A stretch of DNA of 64,000 nucleotides from Pavona decussata (Eukaryota). The stretch covers positions 1,674,001 through 1,738,000 of the forward strand of contig CDRNST010000084.1 of the NCBI GenBank assembly GCA_977016875.1, written 5' to 3'. The translations under genes were made by a program, and so were the position numbers. Positions 13,533 through 27,600 of the stretch are shown here, piece after piece. The notes under the pieces are model-generated. The model ran no database searches. It saw only the letters and a program-made list of their open reading frames with translations, and was not told where the DNA came from. Position 1 is the first letter of the stretch; every line of letters begins with the position of its first letter.

Positions 13533-15779
13533 ATCAGTTTCGTTGCACATGTGAGACATGATTTCGATAATACAGCTAATAGCTTGAGTGATGAAGTAAA
13601 TCCTAGTGTTAACTCCTTCCTTGAAGACGTGAATGATACTTTAACAGTGATCCGGCTTTATCTCCTAGCACTCCAGTCAAACAGTTACGAGAAATAAATT
13701 GCAAAGACTGCCAAAGGTTGTTGTTATCGAATAAACACGGATTGTTATTTTCGGCGGACTTTATAAGTTGGAGCAAATTTTGCAATGTTATTCCTGCTTA
13801 GCCGTATTGCCAAGCGTTCCATTTGGTGTATATGCAATAAGCTCGGGTTATCCACCTTGGAAGAGATCATGGATCCGTGAGATCATAGTGCTAAAGCAAA
13901 TCTGCATTGATGAAACAACGAAATTCAGCGAAGAGCTTTGTTTCGCACAATAAGCTCTTCTCAGTTTCTTTTTAACTGAGCACACCCAAGTTTGCACTAT
14001 CTAAAGACAACAACAAATTTTGAAAGAAACATAATGGCTCAGTGGACAAGTCACACACTAGGGTTCAAAGAACAACTGAAAAGTTAGAAGCAACTTGTTT
14101 CAAGAAATCCCTGCTCAGTAACTTTTATTTGAATGATGGCAATTGGTCAAAATTTCATCCACATACCCAAAACTAGTACCATTTAGCAATGCAGAGGTCT
14201 GTATCAGTCACTAAAACAGTACCTTGCACAATTATATGAAAGTACTGCTCAGTAACTTTTATTGAAGTGATCACATTTTAAAGGCTATTTCCTCCATATC
14301 CAGGCAAGTAGAACCATATTGTACAACATAAGGTCCCAGAAAATCATCGGCAAAGGCTTTTATCCAAAGTGCCACTATTGAGGTTTCGTCGAAAATGTTG
14401 GGCATGATTGGAGCCGTATGTGGTTGGACCTTCCTGTTGTAGTGGAATTGTAGGTTATTAGAAGTCCGGTTCCTGGGGGCTATTATCATATAAACTCAAA
14501 CGTATATACTTTGATTGTCGCTATTCGAATGGCTAATTTCAACTGTTTTAATTGAAACGAAAATAGGCTAGTAATATTGTTCAAACCACAGGAATGGAAT
14601 TTTCACTGAGGGTAGATGCTATCAGCCCTTGAAGATGGATGACAATTTGTTGACTGGGAATCCTTTATTCAAGTTTAGCTGGTTATTTTAATGCTGTGAG
14701 CTGCCCATTCAAGACATATTTGAGGTCTTTGAAGTTTTGCTCACACATACTAAGAGGCTATGGTTCAATAACTTAAACATCCTGCATGTATAGCAAACAA
14801 GGAAGGCTTAAGGTCGTTTCTTAACCAAGACAGTGCTAATGGTTCACGTTTCTAACACCACCCATCCAAGAGATTTTTCACCTCATTCGGGAAATTGGTT
14901 TTTCTTCGTGTAGCATGTAGCGTTTTAGGTATCTACCTGAATTCGTAAATTTGCACAGCTAACAGTAGAAAATTAATGTTTTCATCATCATGGAACAGTG
15001 CCATGAAGTGTCTGGGTACATCAAATTTATGCTTGCTAAGTGACCCTCCTAACTCTTTAAGTTCTGTAGTCACCTCCAAACTTGAATGGAGAATGCCAGT
15101 TTTTGTACAGACGCAACCGATTATTTAGCACTAAGGCTATAAATGAGGAGAAAACAACCATTCTCTTGGTTAAGTGGAAGATCACACCTCAATCATAGCT
15201 TTAGCTATCTGTCTAGTTGATATAATGTTGAAACTTCCGCACATTGTCTTAAGACACTCTAGAGAGTTTTTTAGGGTCGTCTTCTTGGTTTAATGACTTT
15301 TTACTAAATTTAATCACTGAATATTCTCTACATGGTCTTTAACGGGGATATTTGTTAGCCGTAATTGTGATTACGACCTCGATGTACAAACCGGGTGCAG
15401 CGATTTGGTAGAACAGGCATTCAATGGAAAGTAATACGTGAAAAGCCGGCGTAAATGTATTTGCGAACAGCAAATCTGATCCATCAAAGTGGCATGTTAT
15501 CAGGTTATTCCCACTTATAATCTGTGAAGTATTGTTATTTTGCCTGTGGAGATATTAACGCAAATGCAATTCTTCCTTCTTGCCGAAAGCCTCTTCAAGC
15601 GCGACACTAGTGATTCCGGTTATGGGTTAGAGAAATCGAACAGACAAAATAGTATGTTTTAGTCTTGCTACAGAAGAAAAGACAGGAAAACAACTATGTA
15701 CTTCTATTGTCGTTTAATTAAATTTGGTGCAAGCAGTTAATTTGCGTGAAACCCAACTCAATTGCTCCAGTTATATTAC

Positions 15780-16119
15780 CTTCTACACCGTCTTCTATTG
15801 AATCACCGTCATTTTCCTCACAGTACTCCTCGCGTTCGTTTCCTATGCAGCTTCGATCTGGTCTCCAGTGTTCTTGAAGCATGCACGAAGGCCGCTCCTC
15901 AACCTGGCTTCGATAATGTCCAGTTTGTTCCACTGTTAGATGCGTTAGCGGTGGAGGAGGAGAGCGCAGCCCTGACGGGATCTGCGTGTGTATAGGTGGG
16001 TTGTAGGTAGCATATCTCGGTTGGCTGTAGCCATGAGGATAGTGAAAGCTTCCAGGGATATTCTGGGGAGCGCACGAGTATGAGTTAGGCTGTACACAGT
16101 CGTACGTTCTTGGGTACAT
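15780..16119 (-). CDS. Mox: Exon 1 of Mox paralog 2
   Basis: ATG at 16119 (MYPRTYDC...), 113 codons + 1 nt, donor GAA G|GTAATA; phase matches the acceptor at 10661. Confidence 0.88.
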
Positions 16120-17904
16120 TTCCGAGGATAGTAAGATAGAAAACGGTGGGGTTTCACGTCGGTCGCTGTAACAGGCTTCTCGTATCAAAGGTAATTAAGT
16201 GGACTTTCTCTCGCTGAGATCAGACCGCTCGGAGAATTTGCGCTGAAATCGATACCGTCCACAAACGGACCGCGCCGATTGTGCCTGTCAACCGATCAGC
16301 TGCGCTACATTTCAACAATGCCGTCGTTTTGTTGTCTCAAACATCAGCAAGGCTCTCAATAAGGTTCGCAAAGGCGCATAATGTGCAGCAATGTCCAGCC
16401 AGAGAACTGTCACAAACCTGCGATATTTTGCACACGCGGAGCGCTAAGTTTGCGGTTGCACCACCAGCGCGCGGTAGAAATTGTTGATTGCCTGGATCGA
16501 AATTCCGCGTCAGGTCGTTGTTATCTGATTGAGACATTGATAGCTAACGCTTCTTGATATACATTTGAAGTTTTTGTTGGTGAGTTTTGTTATTTCTTTT
16601 ATCCTACTTTTGTTGTTGTTTTGAGTAGCTCGCCACGAGTGAGTTGCGAGTCCGAGAATGAGGAGTATTTTTTCGTTGTAAATTAGCCCGGTTTACAGGA
16701 GTTGTCGGAGTGATTAAAAAGCCACAGGTATTATAGCTTCCAGCCGTTTATTTATAACAAAGAAAAGCACCGACACATCACCTCGAAGTTTTCATAAAAT
16801 TCCGTGAAATGTGCAACAGATGTGAAGAAACTGTACGCGTTGAACATTGAGCATGCGCGCGCTGCACCGTTTCTCGGCAGGAGAGGCATATTTCGTTTGT
16901 AAATTCAGTTGTTTGTCGTAGGTCCTCGTCGGCTATCGCCTGACAATTTCATTTATGATTTTTAATCACTGGTCACTCAGGTTGGAGTGCTTCCTTGTTA
17001 AATATACAGTTAAATGTATACCTGTTTTGGAAGGCATTTGAAGCAAAGGTATTTTTAAGGCTCTGTTTATATATAGACAAGTGTTTCAGACTACACCCTT
17101 TTTCTCTGCTTCTTCGAAGCAGGTATGCGGTGTATTTCGGTTCCAACGTACCAGTTTAACTAAGAGTAGTACAACGTTCTCTTTCCTTATGTGAGAAAAT
17201 TTGTGTCATCATCAATTTCTCCCTCGCTTGTGTTGATGGCAGAACGGTTTCGCCGGCGCAAAGAAAACGTCTCGTCACTGAATTGATAGCACCGACTCAT
17301 TGTGTGCAGAGTAGTCTTCTTCCTCCCTATTGAGTTTTGCTCTATAGTGCAAGGTACCACCATTGATTGTTAGATCTTTCTTTAGCATGTGCATGTGTAT
17401 ATTTTGGTGTTTGGACACTGATTGAGAATGAAATCTACTTAACGAAAAGTGCCCTCCTTCGCCGGTAAGTGATAATTTTTTTATTCATAAATGTATTGGT
17501 TCTTTGAAATTAATAAAAAATATTATGAGGAGAAAACATGAATCGTCTTGATTTTTTTTAGTTATATGGCCCGTCTTCCAGATTGAAACAAAAATGTTCT
17601 TGTGCGTTTACATTTTACTCTACTAGACGTGACTCTACTCCGTTTTGATAATGAATTAATACAGGTGCGTTTTCCACGCACACACAAAAGGCCATACAGA
17701 GTTATCTTTGCGTTTTGCAAGTCCTTGTGATATATTATTAGTCGTACTTTATAAAGTGACTCTTGAATTGTGCAAGGACCACTTGTACAAACAGTAGCAA
17801 AGTGCAGCCGGATCTTTGTGTAGATCAGGATACTAGGATCAGCAATGTTGAATAAAACGTAAAATCAAATGCATGGCTGATCGGACAGCTAAAATAATTT
17901 TATT

Positions 17905-17946
17905 GCCCAATATTTCTGTTAGACAATACTAACCTTCTTCAGGGGC
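17905..17946 (-). ncRNA. Second minimal hammerhead motif, opposite strand
   Basis: GCCC-CUGAAGA-A-GGUUAG(UAUUGU)CUAACA-GAAA-UAUU-GGGC; one stem II mismatch. Confidence 0.6.
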
Positions 17947-17991
17947 AGCAAAAAGTTAAGTTTATTTCCAATTTTTACTTAGCTTTTTGCA

Positions 17992-18033
17992 GCCCCTGAC
18001 GAAGGTTAGTATTGTCTAACCGAAATATTGGGC
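17992..18033 (+). ncRNA. Minimal type-I hammerhead ribozyme motif (Penelope type)
   Basis: GCCC-CUGACGA-A-GGUUAG(UAUUGU)CUAACC-GAAA-UAUU-GGGC: intact core boxes, 6-bp stem II, 4-bp stem I, palindromic AUAU in place of stem III. Confidence 0.7.
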
Positions 18034-20322
18034 CATAAAATTATTTTAGCTCTCCGATCAGCGTTGCATTTGACTTTACGTACTACACAAAGTATGTTAA
18101 GGTCATCGACGTTGGTTGGGTGCCTGGGTTTAGGTTCCAGAACGTTCTTATTCAAAGCTGTTAACATTACTACCCCATACCCCTAGCATATCGGACAAAT
18201 CTGGCGGAAATCGGTATATACGACCAAACAACACGATAGCGGATCGGTAACGACGAGCCAAAAGAGCGTCTGCGAGGAACCCCTCCCTCCCCCCCACCAA
18301 TCAATATGATTGTTCCTGAGGTATTGTCTTCCAAAATGGCGGAGCTGGATGTTCCTCTTCAGCCGTTTGACATACCCTGGAATTGTGCCAGTTTTGTAAA
18401 CGAAGATTAATGAACGTTATGTTATTTTATAGCGGTCACAGTAATTAGCTTGGTGTTATACATGTAAAAAAGATCAGTTTCATCACTGAAGGCTTTAGCA
18501 AAGTGCTACATCCGGTGGCAAACCTAGCAAAAATTCTGCCTGATGTTCTTTCCATAACAACATACTCTCATACGCTATGCGATCTGCATAAAAAATGAGA
18601 CTAACTCGAGTGAAAACATGTTCTCTATCCTCCTCTGATCTACTACCCTCACAATTGAAACTTTTGTGTCAACTGGGAGACTCATGGGTCGCGTTGAGTT
18701 CGACTCAATTGGTATTGCTGTTCAAATGTAATCATTTTGTGTGCGGAAGTTGTGTCTCCGATACATTAAAAAAATGGCTTTCTTCAACAGGAAGATAAGG
18801 AGAGAATTTGTCACAGTTCATCAGTTCATAACGGAGCTTTCAATAAATCAGTGCAAAGTCAAGAGAGAGCTTCCCCCCAAAATAAATAAATCAATCAATA
18901 AAGATGTTCGGACTTCAAGTTCCTCTCTTTGGTAAGTCAAGTTCCAGTTCCTCCTTCAGGTTCCTTCCTTCGAGTTCCTCTTTTTCGCAGCCGGTTTCAG
19001 AGGAGTGCTTGCAACACGTGTCATCTTCCATAAATGGAGAACAGTCGCGTGAAGTTAATCGTACAACCTGCAAAACAACAGCAGCAATTAAACATTTGAC
19101 AGCTTTTCCTCCTGTCCTTGGTTATTTCTTATGCGGATAATAAGGCGAGAAAATCATTTAGTGCGCGTTGTCAACGGCCTCTTCAAAAGCGCGAACATTC
19201 TTCAAATCAACCAGGTTTCCACACCCAATCAAACTGCTTCGCGTTAGGATCCAAGGTTCCGATTACAAAATTTTAATTAATCTGTGGTCTTCAGCTTAGC
19301 AGTACTATAATTTGTTATGGTGTCTCTTGCAAACGAATTTTCTGTGTACCTTGTATACCGTGTTACTGATTATGTCTCCACGTTTCTAAATCGCTGGCGT
19401 ACTGCTCGACTTCACCGACGTATGCAAGGCATTGCGCACTACCTGTCAGCGTGTCACTCAACCACAGTTTGATTCTAGCAGCAAGGCATCGAAATGCCCC
19501 CTCAAACTCACAGCATTGATAAATTAGCTCCGTGGTGAGGTGAAGAAATTCCGGTTTACGCGGCGAGAAGTTTAAGAGCCGCCCAGCACGGAGCGTTCCA
19601 TCCAGCTGAGCGTCTTTCAGTTAGTGTTTATTTCTAAGCTCTTGCCTCCTCAAATACTCACCAATAAATTACTTAGTCACTCAATAAGGTTTTCTGCAAA
19701 CCTGTTGGTTTTTGACGTGCAGTACGGCGTGACATTTTTTAACGTTTTTAGAGATTTTCGAGCTTTGCGATCCACCAAAATTACCTGATCCCATGCAAAA
19801 CTATTTTCCGACCTCTCCCCCAGAAAAAATGAATAAATAAAAGTGAACCGGGGGAAGCGGTAACTTCCTTAGATAAGCTCAAAAATATACTCAAGATACA
19901 CCTTAACTTAGGAGGGGTTCGTGAGGTTAAGTCCCAGGATTTTGCCCGGGTACTATTGGTCTGAAGTGTTAGGGTTTGGAGAAACCGAAGGTGGCCCCCA
20001 CCAAATCCGATGATACCCTAGTGCCCCGCCCCCGGGAAACGTAACACTCATACGTCCACTGCACAGTAAATAACATAACAGAAAACTAATACTCCTGGGA
20101 AACTTTGGTGCCACATGACATTACTTCGTCCAACTATTATAGAATTCAGTTCAAAATAGGTTTGTTCAGTACATAGTTATGTTACACATTTGCGACAGTC
20201 GCTGTTGTGATTTTTAGGTTCCGAAAAGGCTTTAATGAAAAGTTATTCTATTTTATTTCTACAGCTGATGATAAAATAGTGAACTTGAAGTGTTGAGAGG
20301 TTATTGCTGTAAGTAGACATAA

Positions 20323-20788
20323 TTAACAATTATTCCAGGAGCGCGCGTTCGATACAAGATGAGATAGCCAACGAGGCGCGCAACTCGGCGAGCCAATGTG
20401 GCGCGCAGCACCGAGTTGGCTATAATCATTCCGTATCCAACAAGTTGCGGGTGGAATTATTGTTTTGTTAAAACAACCATTTCAATAAATCCTGCTGATT
20501 TCTCTCTGACTTATCATATTTGTGGGGCATGGTATAATGGCTCGTATATCATGGCCGCTAAACCAATCAACCTGTGGAACTACGTTATCCAATGAGTCAA
20601 GAATGAGTCAGTTTTTTAATAATATCCACTTTCTTTTTGGTTAGTCCTTACAGCTTTAACCTCTCAATACCTGAAGTATTAGCTGCGTATTAGCTTTAAC
20701 CTTTTAAGTATCTGAAGTAGTAGCGGCGCGCCTCGTTGGCTATCTATCATGGCTTGTATCCAACGCGCACTCGTGGAATAATTGTTAA
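20323..20788. mobile_element. Non-autonomous element with ~60-bp TIRs
   Basis: TTAACAATTATTCCAGGAGCGCGCGTT...GATAGCCAACGAGGCGCGC is inverted at 20725-20788. Confidence 0.7.
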
Positions 20789-22808
20789 GTATTGGTCGAA
20801 AAACCTTTGTATCCAGTATCCAACAAATCCGCGGCTTTATGACGTCCAATCGTGTGTTCATTTTTGGAAGAAGTTATTCTATTTTTCTCTAAAGTTGATT
20901 ATAAAGTAGTCAACTTCAAGTATCGAGAGGTTGCAGCTGTAGAGACTGTGTAACAGGAATTTTGATTTTTTTTTCTTTTTTTACCGTCGACTACATGTTA
21001 TTGGTGACACGCCAAGTGCATTCCTATGGTACTAGGAATTCGGAGCTTTTTCATTTACCACAATGCAGGACTAACATAAGAAAGTTCTCCATCAGTTTCC
21101 AAGGTCCTAATTTTTTTTTTAACTCTCTTAGTTGAAATTCGAAATGCAACAAGTACCGCTTCCTTTTGTAGAAAGCTGAGGGCATTCCTCTTATCATAAG
21201 TATTCATTTATTTATTACCTCTGACTTTTCACTTTCATTTTTGCTATTTTTTTTTAGCCTAACTATGATTAATATGACTATGTAATATATTTTAAGATTA
21301 ACTGTAGCTTTGCCATAGATTTTGGTCCCATTTATAACCATAATAATACTTTGTTCTAATTACTTAACTGAGGGAGCCCATTCCTTATAAGCCCGGTGGC
21401 TTCCCTTTTTTACATTTGTACTGAACTTATGACAAAATCAATAAACTGAACTTAACTGAACTACCTGCTAGAGAAGGTAACCATTCATTTTTTGCGGGGG
21501 AGGGTGAGGAGGAGTTGATGGAGTTTTTTCCCAACCAAATTCCTCCTCCTCCTCCCCAAAGTTGTTTGTTTGTTGCTTTGTTTTGGTATTTCGGATGATC
21601 CCACCCCTACCAACAAAAAAGGGAGGAGAAATTCGGTTACTCCTCACATCAAGTTGATAGTTTCCTTTGATAATTCTGGGAATTGTTTCAGGCCATCTGA
21701 TCCCCTTCATTTTAATGACTTCCCTTTGAAGCCAATCCGTTTCTCCCAGTGTAAATAAATAAAAAAAAATAATAATAATAATACTAAGGGTGCCTTAGCA
21801 GATTTTTGACCGAGATTAACAGGGACTGAATGGTTCATTGGAGACGGGAGACCTGCGGACGATTTGATGCAGTGTCTTGGCGATCTTTGAAAGTCGCTCG
21901 GTTTTTGAAACATTCTAAAATCAGCAGTGCTGAAACTAAGGAGCCAATTTCAGTCTAAATTAATCCGCAATTTTTTATAGTGCTTTTTTAGCTTGAAGAG
22001 AGAGAGTAAAAAAAAAGAGACAAAAAACAACAACAATGTTAATAGGATTTGTTACGGTAAATAATCAAATTTACTCACTATAGCAGTTGTGCGCGTTCAG
22101 TTTTGACCTTCGATACGATTTATAGGCGGTATATGTCGGCCGTCCCAACGTGTTGACATGCTCGTTTTGTATATTTATAGCAACACAATTTAGTTAATTG
22201 ATAGATTTATTTTAGCAGTCCTGGTCTAAAAATATTAAATAAGAGAACCGCTTCAGACTTGTTGATAAACGTATTTGTAATCCAGTTCGACCTAAGTCCA
22301 GCCTTCTTCAGTCAGTAGCCATTTCACTAATAAAAACCAAACCTACGTGTTCGTAGAAAAAAATAGAATGATTCAGGTTACTCCTAAGAAAAGTATAAGC
22401 ACGTTGAGGGTGTGCCTAGCCTCCAATCCAGCGTAAATGACGCTTGAGTTTTCGGAAATCAATTGATAACTTATCTGAAAAAAGTATCTAGATGCCTCCC
22501 GACAAATCCTCAATGAAACATTCCTTAGGAAATAAGGGGGATAATATTCGATATTAGTATTCAGGGAATTTTTGGAACGCGAAAGTTTGATGAGGTGGAA
22601 ATTTCAAGCACAAAGTTATTTAATTAGCTTGACGCTGATACGCATACAACAACAAACGAAATTGGCAAGTCTTACCGCTGATTTTTGTCAATGTCCTGCC
22701 ATCTCACGTCAGCTAATTTGCTAAAATGGTACTTTATTATCATTACCGGTTAAGGTTTTTGCATTGTTTAATCAATCTTACATATATGTATCTACCAGAA
22801 CGACGTTA

Positions 22809-23147
22809 GGCACCGTCCACAAGAAGCCGTTTTCGTTGGTCAAGAAAACGGAGAGTTGTTTCAATTGTTGTTTGTCCGGTTAGGCGGACGAATCCGAACG
22901 AAAACGATTGAAAACGCTTTGAAAACGGAGATTAAAAACGCCGTCCAAAATAAAGAGATTTTTTTTAAAAAAAAAAGTAGATGGACGGCAAAAACGGGGG
23001 TTTTCTAAAATGGTTACGTAATATCATCGATGGAAGTCGCTAGAAAGTGACCGAGAGTACTGTTTTCGAGGGCCGTCAAACATTGCCTGTACGTGTGGAG
23101 AGAAAAACGAAACCGCATCAGTGATAACACAACCATGTTGACGGGCC
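22809..23147. mobile_element. Degenerate Harbinger-like MITE
   Basis: GGCACCGTCCAC / GTTGACGGGCC ends; repeated AAAACG motifs inside. Confidence 0.45.
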
Positions 23148-23240
23148 TTCAATAATTATGACTTCTATGTAAAACACTACAAAACGCAAGTATTTGTTTT
23201 TGTAACTTCAAAATAAAGCTGTTGTTGTTGTTGTTGTTGT

Positions 23241-23379
23241 TATAGAGTGTGTGCACGACGGCCATGTTGGAGGACCGAAACAATACAATGATTTTCCTTT
23301 GGAAAATATTTTCTATTTTTATGCAAACATCTTCTTTTGTTTTAGTCCTCCAACATGGCCGCCGTGCACACACTCTATA
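23241..23379. mobile_element. 139-bp MITE, copy 1
   Basis: ~35-bp TIR TATAGAGTGTGTGCACGACGGCCATGTTGGAGGAC; a second copy is at 36738. Confidence 0.8.
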
Positions 23380-24476
23380 CTGCCAAACATGGAAACATGA
23401 CAATGTTTAATAACCATCGCTTCCTGGTGTAGATTTCAGTTCACACAAATAAAACATATTTTTTTCGTGATTCCACAGGACGAGTAGAGGATTGAGTGTT
23501 CGCAGAACTTCTATCGAGTTCTCTCACCCTGAGGGTGGATTTAGGAAAATAAAAAAAATATATAAAAAAAAGAAAGGCCAAAATATTTGCGATTTCCTTT
23601 ATAACTTATAACTTATAAATATACCCATAAAAAAATTCCCCGTGTTTCCATGACATGGCTTTCAACCAATCAGAGTGCGAGTTCATGAAGCACAAAAAGG
23701 TGCAAATCCGGCTTACTTCCCGCGTTCTCAAATCGTTTGGTATCCCACATCCTGCCAAACTGTATTTGGACCAGCATTACCACAGTTGATCAAAATGTTT
23801 AAACTGCGCAACGAAACTGCACTTACAGGAGACATTTCCTCGCTTCTAGCAGCATTCGCTTGCTTATCAAGGTTTATAATTGTTTTAAGAACATCTATGC
23901 ATCAGATTTCCGTAAGGCAAGTATCAGCCGATGATCCCTCCAAAAAAAAACTATTTTTCTTGGTTGACCTCAAAAGGCCAAAAACTCGAACGTTACGCTT
24001 AGTGCAAACCCTTTTATTTTACCAGTTCTAATGTTTATATAGTCGCTTGTTTTAACCAAGGCCATCCAATAAATTGTCAGTGGGTCAAATTGCGTGCAGT
24101 CATTGCCTTGTGAAAGACAGTGAAAAAGGAAGAGTCTAATAAAGGTAAAGTAAGGTAAGACTTTAGTTAACAAGTATTTAAAATAAAATATTTCTACTTG
24201 GAGTTTTGGAAATGGGCCCGTTGGAAGTCTGGCTTCTTAGACACTGCGGTTGAGTTGCCAATATATAAACAAATTTTTAATTTGTCACTCCCAAGCCGTG
24301 AGATTTTCATCAATGTGCAGAGATTTTGTAGTCGATTCTTAATTTATCGAGAACAGTAATTAATTTTGATACTAGGATTCGCTGTAACATTTGATAATCT
24401 CTGCCCAGAAGCAACTCAGCAGACATTCTGTCTCAGTTCGTCATATTTAAGGTGAATTTGTTGACTGCAAGCCACG

Positions 24477-24645
24477 AATAGACCAATTTCAATATATTAA
24501 AATTCTAGTTTGACTACGAGGCTCAGCCGGGAATAATTAACCAAAGAAAATTATTCATCTGTGAACCTCATTGCAGTTTCTTTTGTTTTATTCCCCTTAG
24601 CTTCGTAGCCAAGTACGAATTTTAATCTATCGAAATTGGTCTATT
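24477..24645. mobile_element. MITE
   Basis: TIR AATAGACCAATTTCAATATATTAAAATTC / GAATTTTAATCTATCGAAATTGGTCTATT. Confidence 0.7.
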
Positions 24646-27600
24646 CTGGCTAAATTCAAGTTGATGTAACGAGTTATTTCCTCAACATCACTCTTTCCGA
24701 AATACCAGCAAGTCTGCATACATTACTGGTTGGGAGTGAAGGAGACAATAGGTAGATCATTTATTTAAAATAAGAAAAAAAAAAAGGGAGAGAGACCCTA
24801 GAATCGTTCCTTATGGAACACCACATTGACCAGACGCCATTTTGAAATTTGCTAGACACGTTTGGGTGCGGTTTTCATATAAGAACAAAACCATTTGTTA
24901 GTAGGAAAGTGCCGAATGCCATAAACCTGTAATCTGGAGAGAAGAATTAATATTATGGTCCATGGTGTTGAAGGCCTTCTTTGAGGGTCTGCGTGGGGTT
25001 GCTGGTTTAATTATCAACTGTCAGTTAAAATTGAAGCCATTTCTCGGGTTCGAAATTAATTACGCTTGAACTTAGTTCACCTTTTTTTTACTTCTCACGT
25101 ATTTTGTGGTTTTGTATCGGGGATCAGCGGTTACCCTCTCATTGATCAGCCAAACAATTCAATTCAATTTAATTTTTATTTTCACACGTACAACGAGATT
25201 CAGTACAATACATAAAAAACAATAAACATTTATATTACAGTGTTGAGTATCGTCCGAGGACTTCCGAACAACTTTTGAGTGACTCCAATCTCTTTCCAGA
25301 CTTTACGGAACACAGCTTACCATCTTCGAACGACCAAAGACAAGTTGTAAGAAGCTACCACCAACTTATATTATTCTCTTGAGATTAACTACACTTTTTT
25401 GGCAAGTTATTTACAAAAAAATACAGACTAAATACTCAGGAAAAGTACTGCAGCCATCCTAGCTAACAGTTGTCTTAACGTTAGTCAGCTATCAGTTAAA
25501 AAAAATGTGGTACAATTTCTCATTCCCCCCATGCATGCACACCTTCTTCTGGAGGAGAACCACGGCAATCATGAATCCTCGATCAGTGTTCAAACATTCA
25601 AAGACCACCCTGATCTGTTGCTTTAATAAATGCTGAATCATTGTGAGATGCAAAAACCGGATTGGTGGCTGGAAAGAAGATTATTAATTTACGATTTGGA
25701 AATGATAGAACGGATCATAACTTTTACAACTGGAATAATCACGATTGGTCGATAAACAGGCGGATCATTCCTCTTTCCGGACATTTCGTTTGAAAAGTGG
25801 AGCTAATCTATTCGTCAGGGAAAATTGTAGCTTCATTAAATTGGTTGATTGAATTTAAGAATGGTCTAGACACCAAGTAGAACAATTGATTCTTGGAATC
25901 GCGGTTCACCGGCCGATTGCCGGTTACCTTTGTAGCTCCAGGCTAGACACACTCATTCATTTGGGTTTGACGGTGAAGGCGGCAGTGTCAAAGCCAGTTT
26001 TGCAGATAACAGTTGTACTTTGGCTTGGTTCAAAACATGTGTTTCGAAGCTGGTGGTCCGCATTAATTTGGACACACACGAAACCAGAGAGATTCGTATC
26101 TATCTTCCCGGGGATACATATCGAGGAACTGAAACTAACTGTGTTTCAAATCCAACTACATGCTACATTGTGGCAAAACTCTCTTTACAGCCATTACACA
26201 CTACTCACTCTCGCAGCAACAGCTAGAGATATCACGAATGCTCTCACAATTTGATTGGCTGCTAGCGTGCGCTGCTCACTATATCTTTCCTATGATTGAA
26301 AGTGAGCAATCAAAGGCACTGTTTAAACTTTTTCATTTAAGTGAATATTAATCAAGATTTCAATTAAAAGTCCTTATTGGCAATGAGGATCATTCTATCT
26401 TGCCGTTTCCCTGCCTGATAGTTTATTCGGGCCACACCCTTATCCACGGGTAGATTTCTACTAATTACGGACAGTTGAGTTTTGGTGGACATCAATCAAA
26501 AATGATCAAAGAAAAGCCATTAACTGTTTTAATATTTTTTGGCTCTGTTGCCTTGAAATCCTGTCAGAAATTAATTTAAGGATTGACCTATTGTTCACCA
26601 AAGTTCGGTCATTGTACTTCGGTGCTGTGCCAATTCCATTCTACCTTTGCAACATACAATTCTCGTTTTCAATCTTTTTTTTCACCATTGAAATGTAAAA
26701 GAATGTACCCTTTTTCAGATCTACTATGCTGCAGTCCCTTTCCGAGATACACGTCGAGCGAGCTCAGTATCACGAGAAGTTACGAGAGCAAAACAAGGGG
26801 ACTGAAACATTAGCTCGACGGAGCGAACCAGCTAGCATCTCTTCCTATGTGGGTTCTCCCTTCGATGGCCGAGCTTCCGTTTATCATGCTTTCACACTCG
26901 CCCTCAAGATTGACTATCCCGAGACTAAAGAGACCGGTAGTAGTATATGTTCAGAGCAAACTGGCTCTCTCCACCTGAGCAACCCTCGGACATCTGAATT
27001 TTGGAAGATTGGCTTGTTCAAATTTCCGCCCCGAAGCCAAGAAGCCGATCGTAAAAATTTCCTACCCTATTAAATGCCTCTCCTGCGAACAAATTTTCAT
27101 CTTCAATCAATGCGTCTTGTTCGTGCGTTGGAAAAAATTCTTTTAAAACTTCTTTTGAGTGAGCCATTCGTTCACAAAGGCGAAATCTGGTCCTTGAAAA
27201 ACTCCTCGACTCCCACAATCCCAGGGAAAAAAACCCACGCGCGTACAGGCGACCGGACATATCCAGTCTGTACAAGAGCTTATCAGTACATCCCGAGCCC
27301 TCGCCACAACGTTGCAAGCAATCAATTAAAAAGGATCATGATAGTATTCAGTTTGACAAACGACGAAACCACCTGTTTGTCATATTGGCTGGGCAAGAAA
27401 TGAATTGCGCTAAATAAGGTTTATTATTTCTAAAAATACCCCGTCTATTTTGGATACCAAAACCGCGTACGTTATTGCCTTTCACTGAATTAAATAAATG
27501 ATTAGCAACTGCGTTTGACCTTTCAAAGTAATTTAATTGTTCATTAATGAGATGACCTTGACGAAAGAGGTTTGTTAACTGAAAATGAAAGATATATCCC

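Larger units (their letters stand above)
17857..18081. mobile_element. Inverted repeat (~105-bp arms), Penelope-like retroelement terminal-repeat remnant
   Basis: Arms 17857-17961 and ~17977-18081 are near-perfect reverse complements; each carries a hammerhead core. Confidence 0.7.

Noticed and set aside
25640-27400. Cluster of 60-120-aa ORFs, possible nested gene or pseudogene
   Set aside because: No recognisable domain, frequent stops and no consistent splice structure; a blastx search would settle it.
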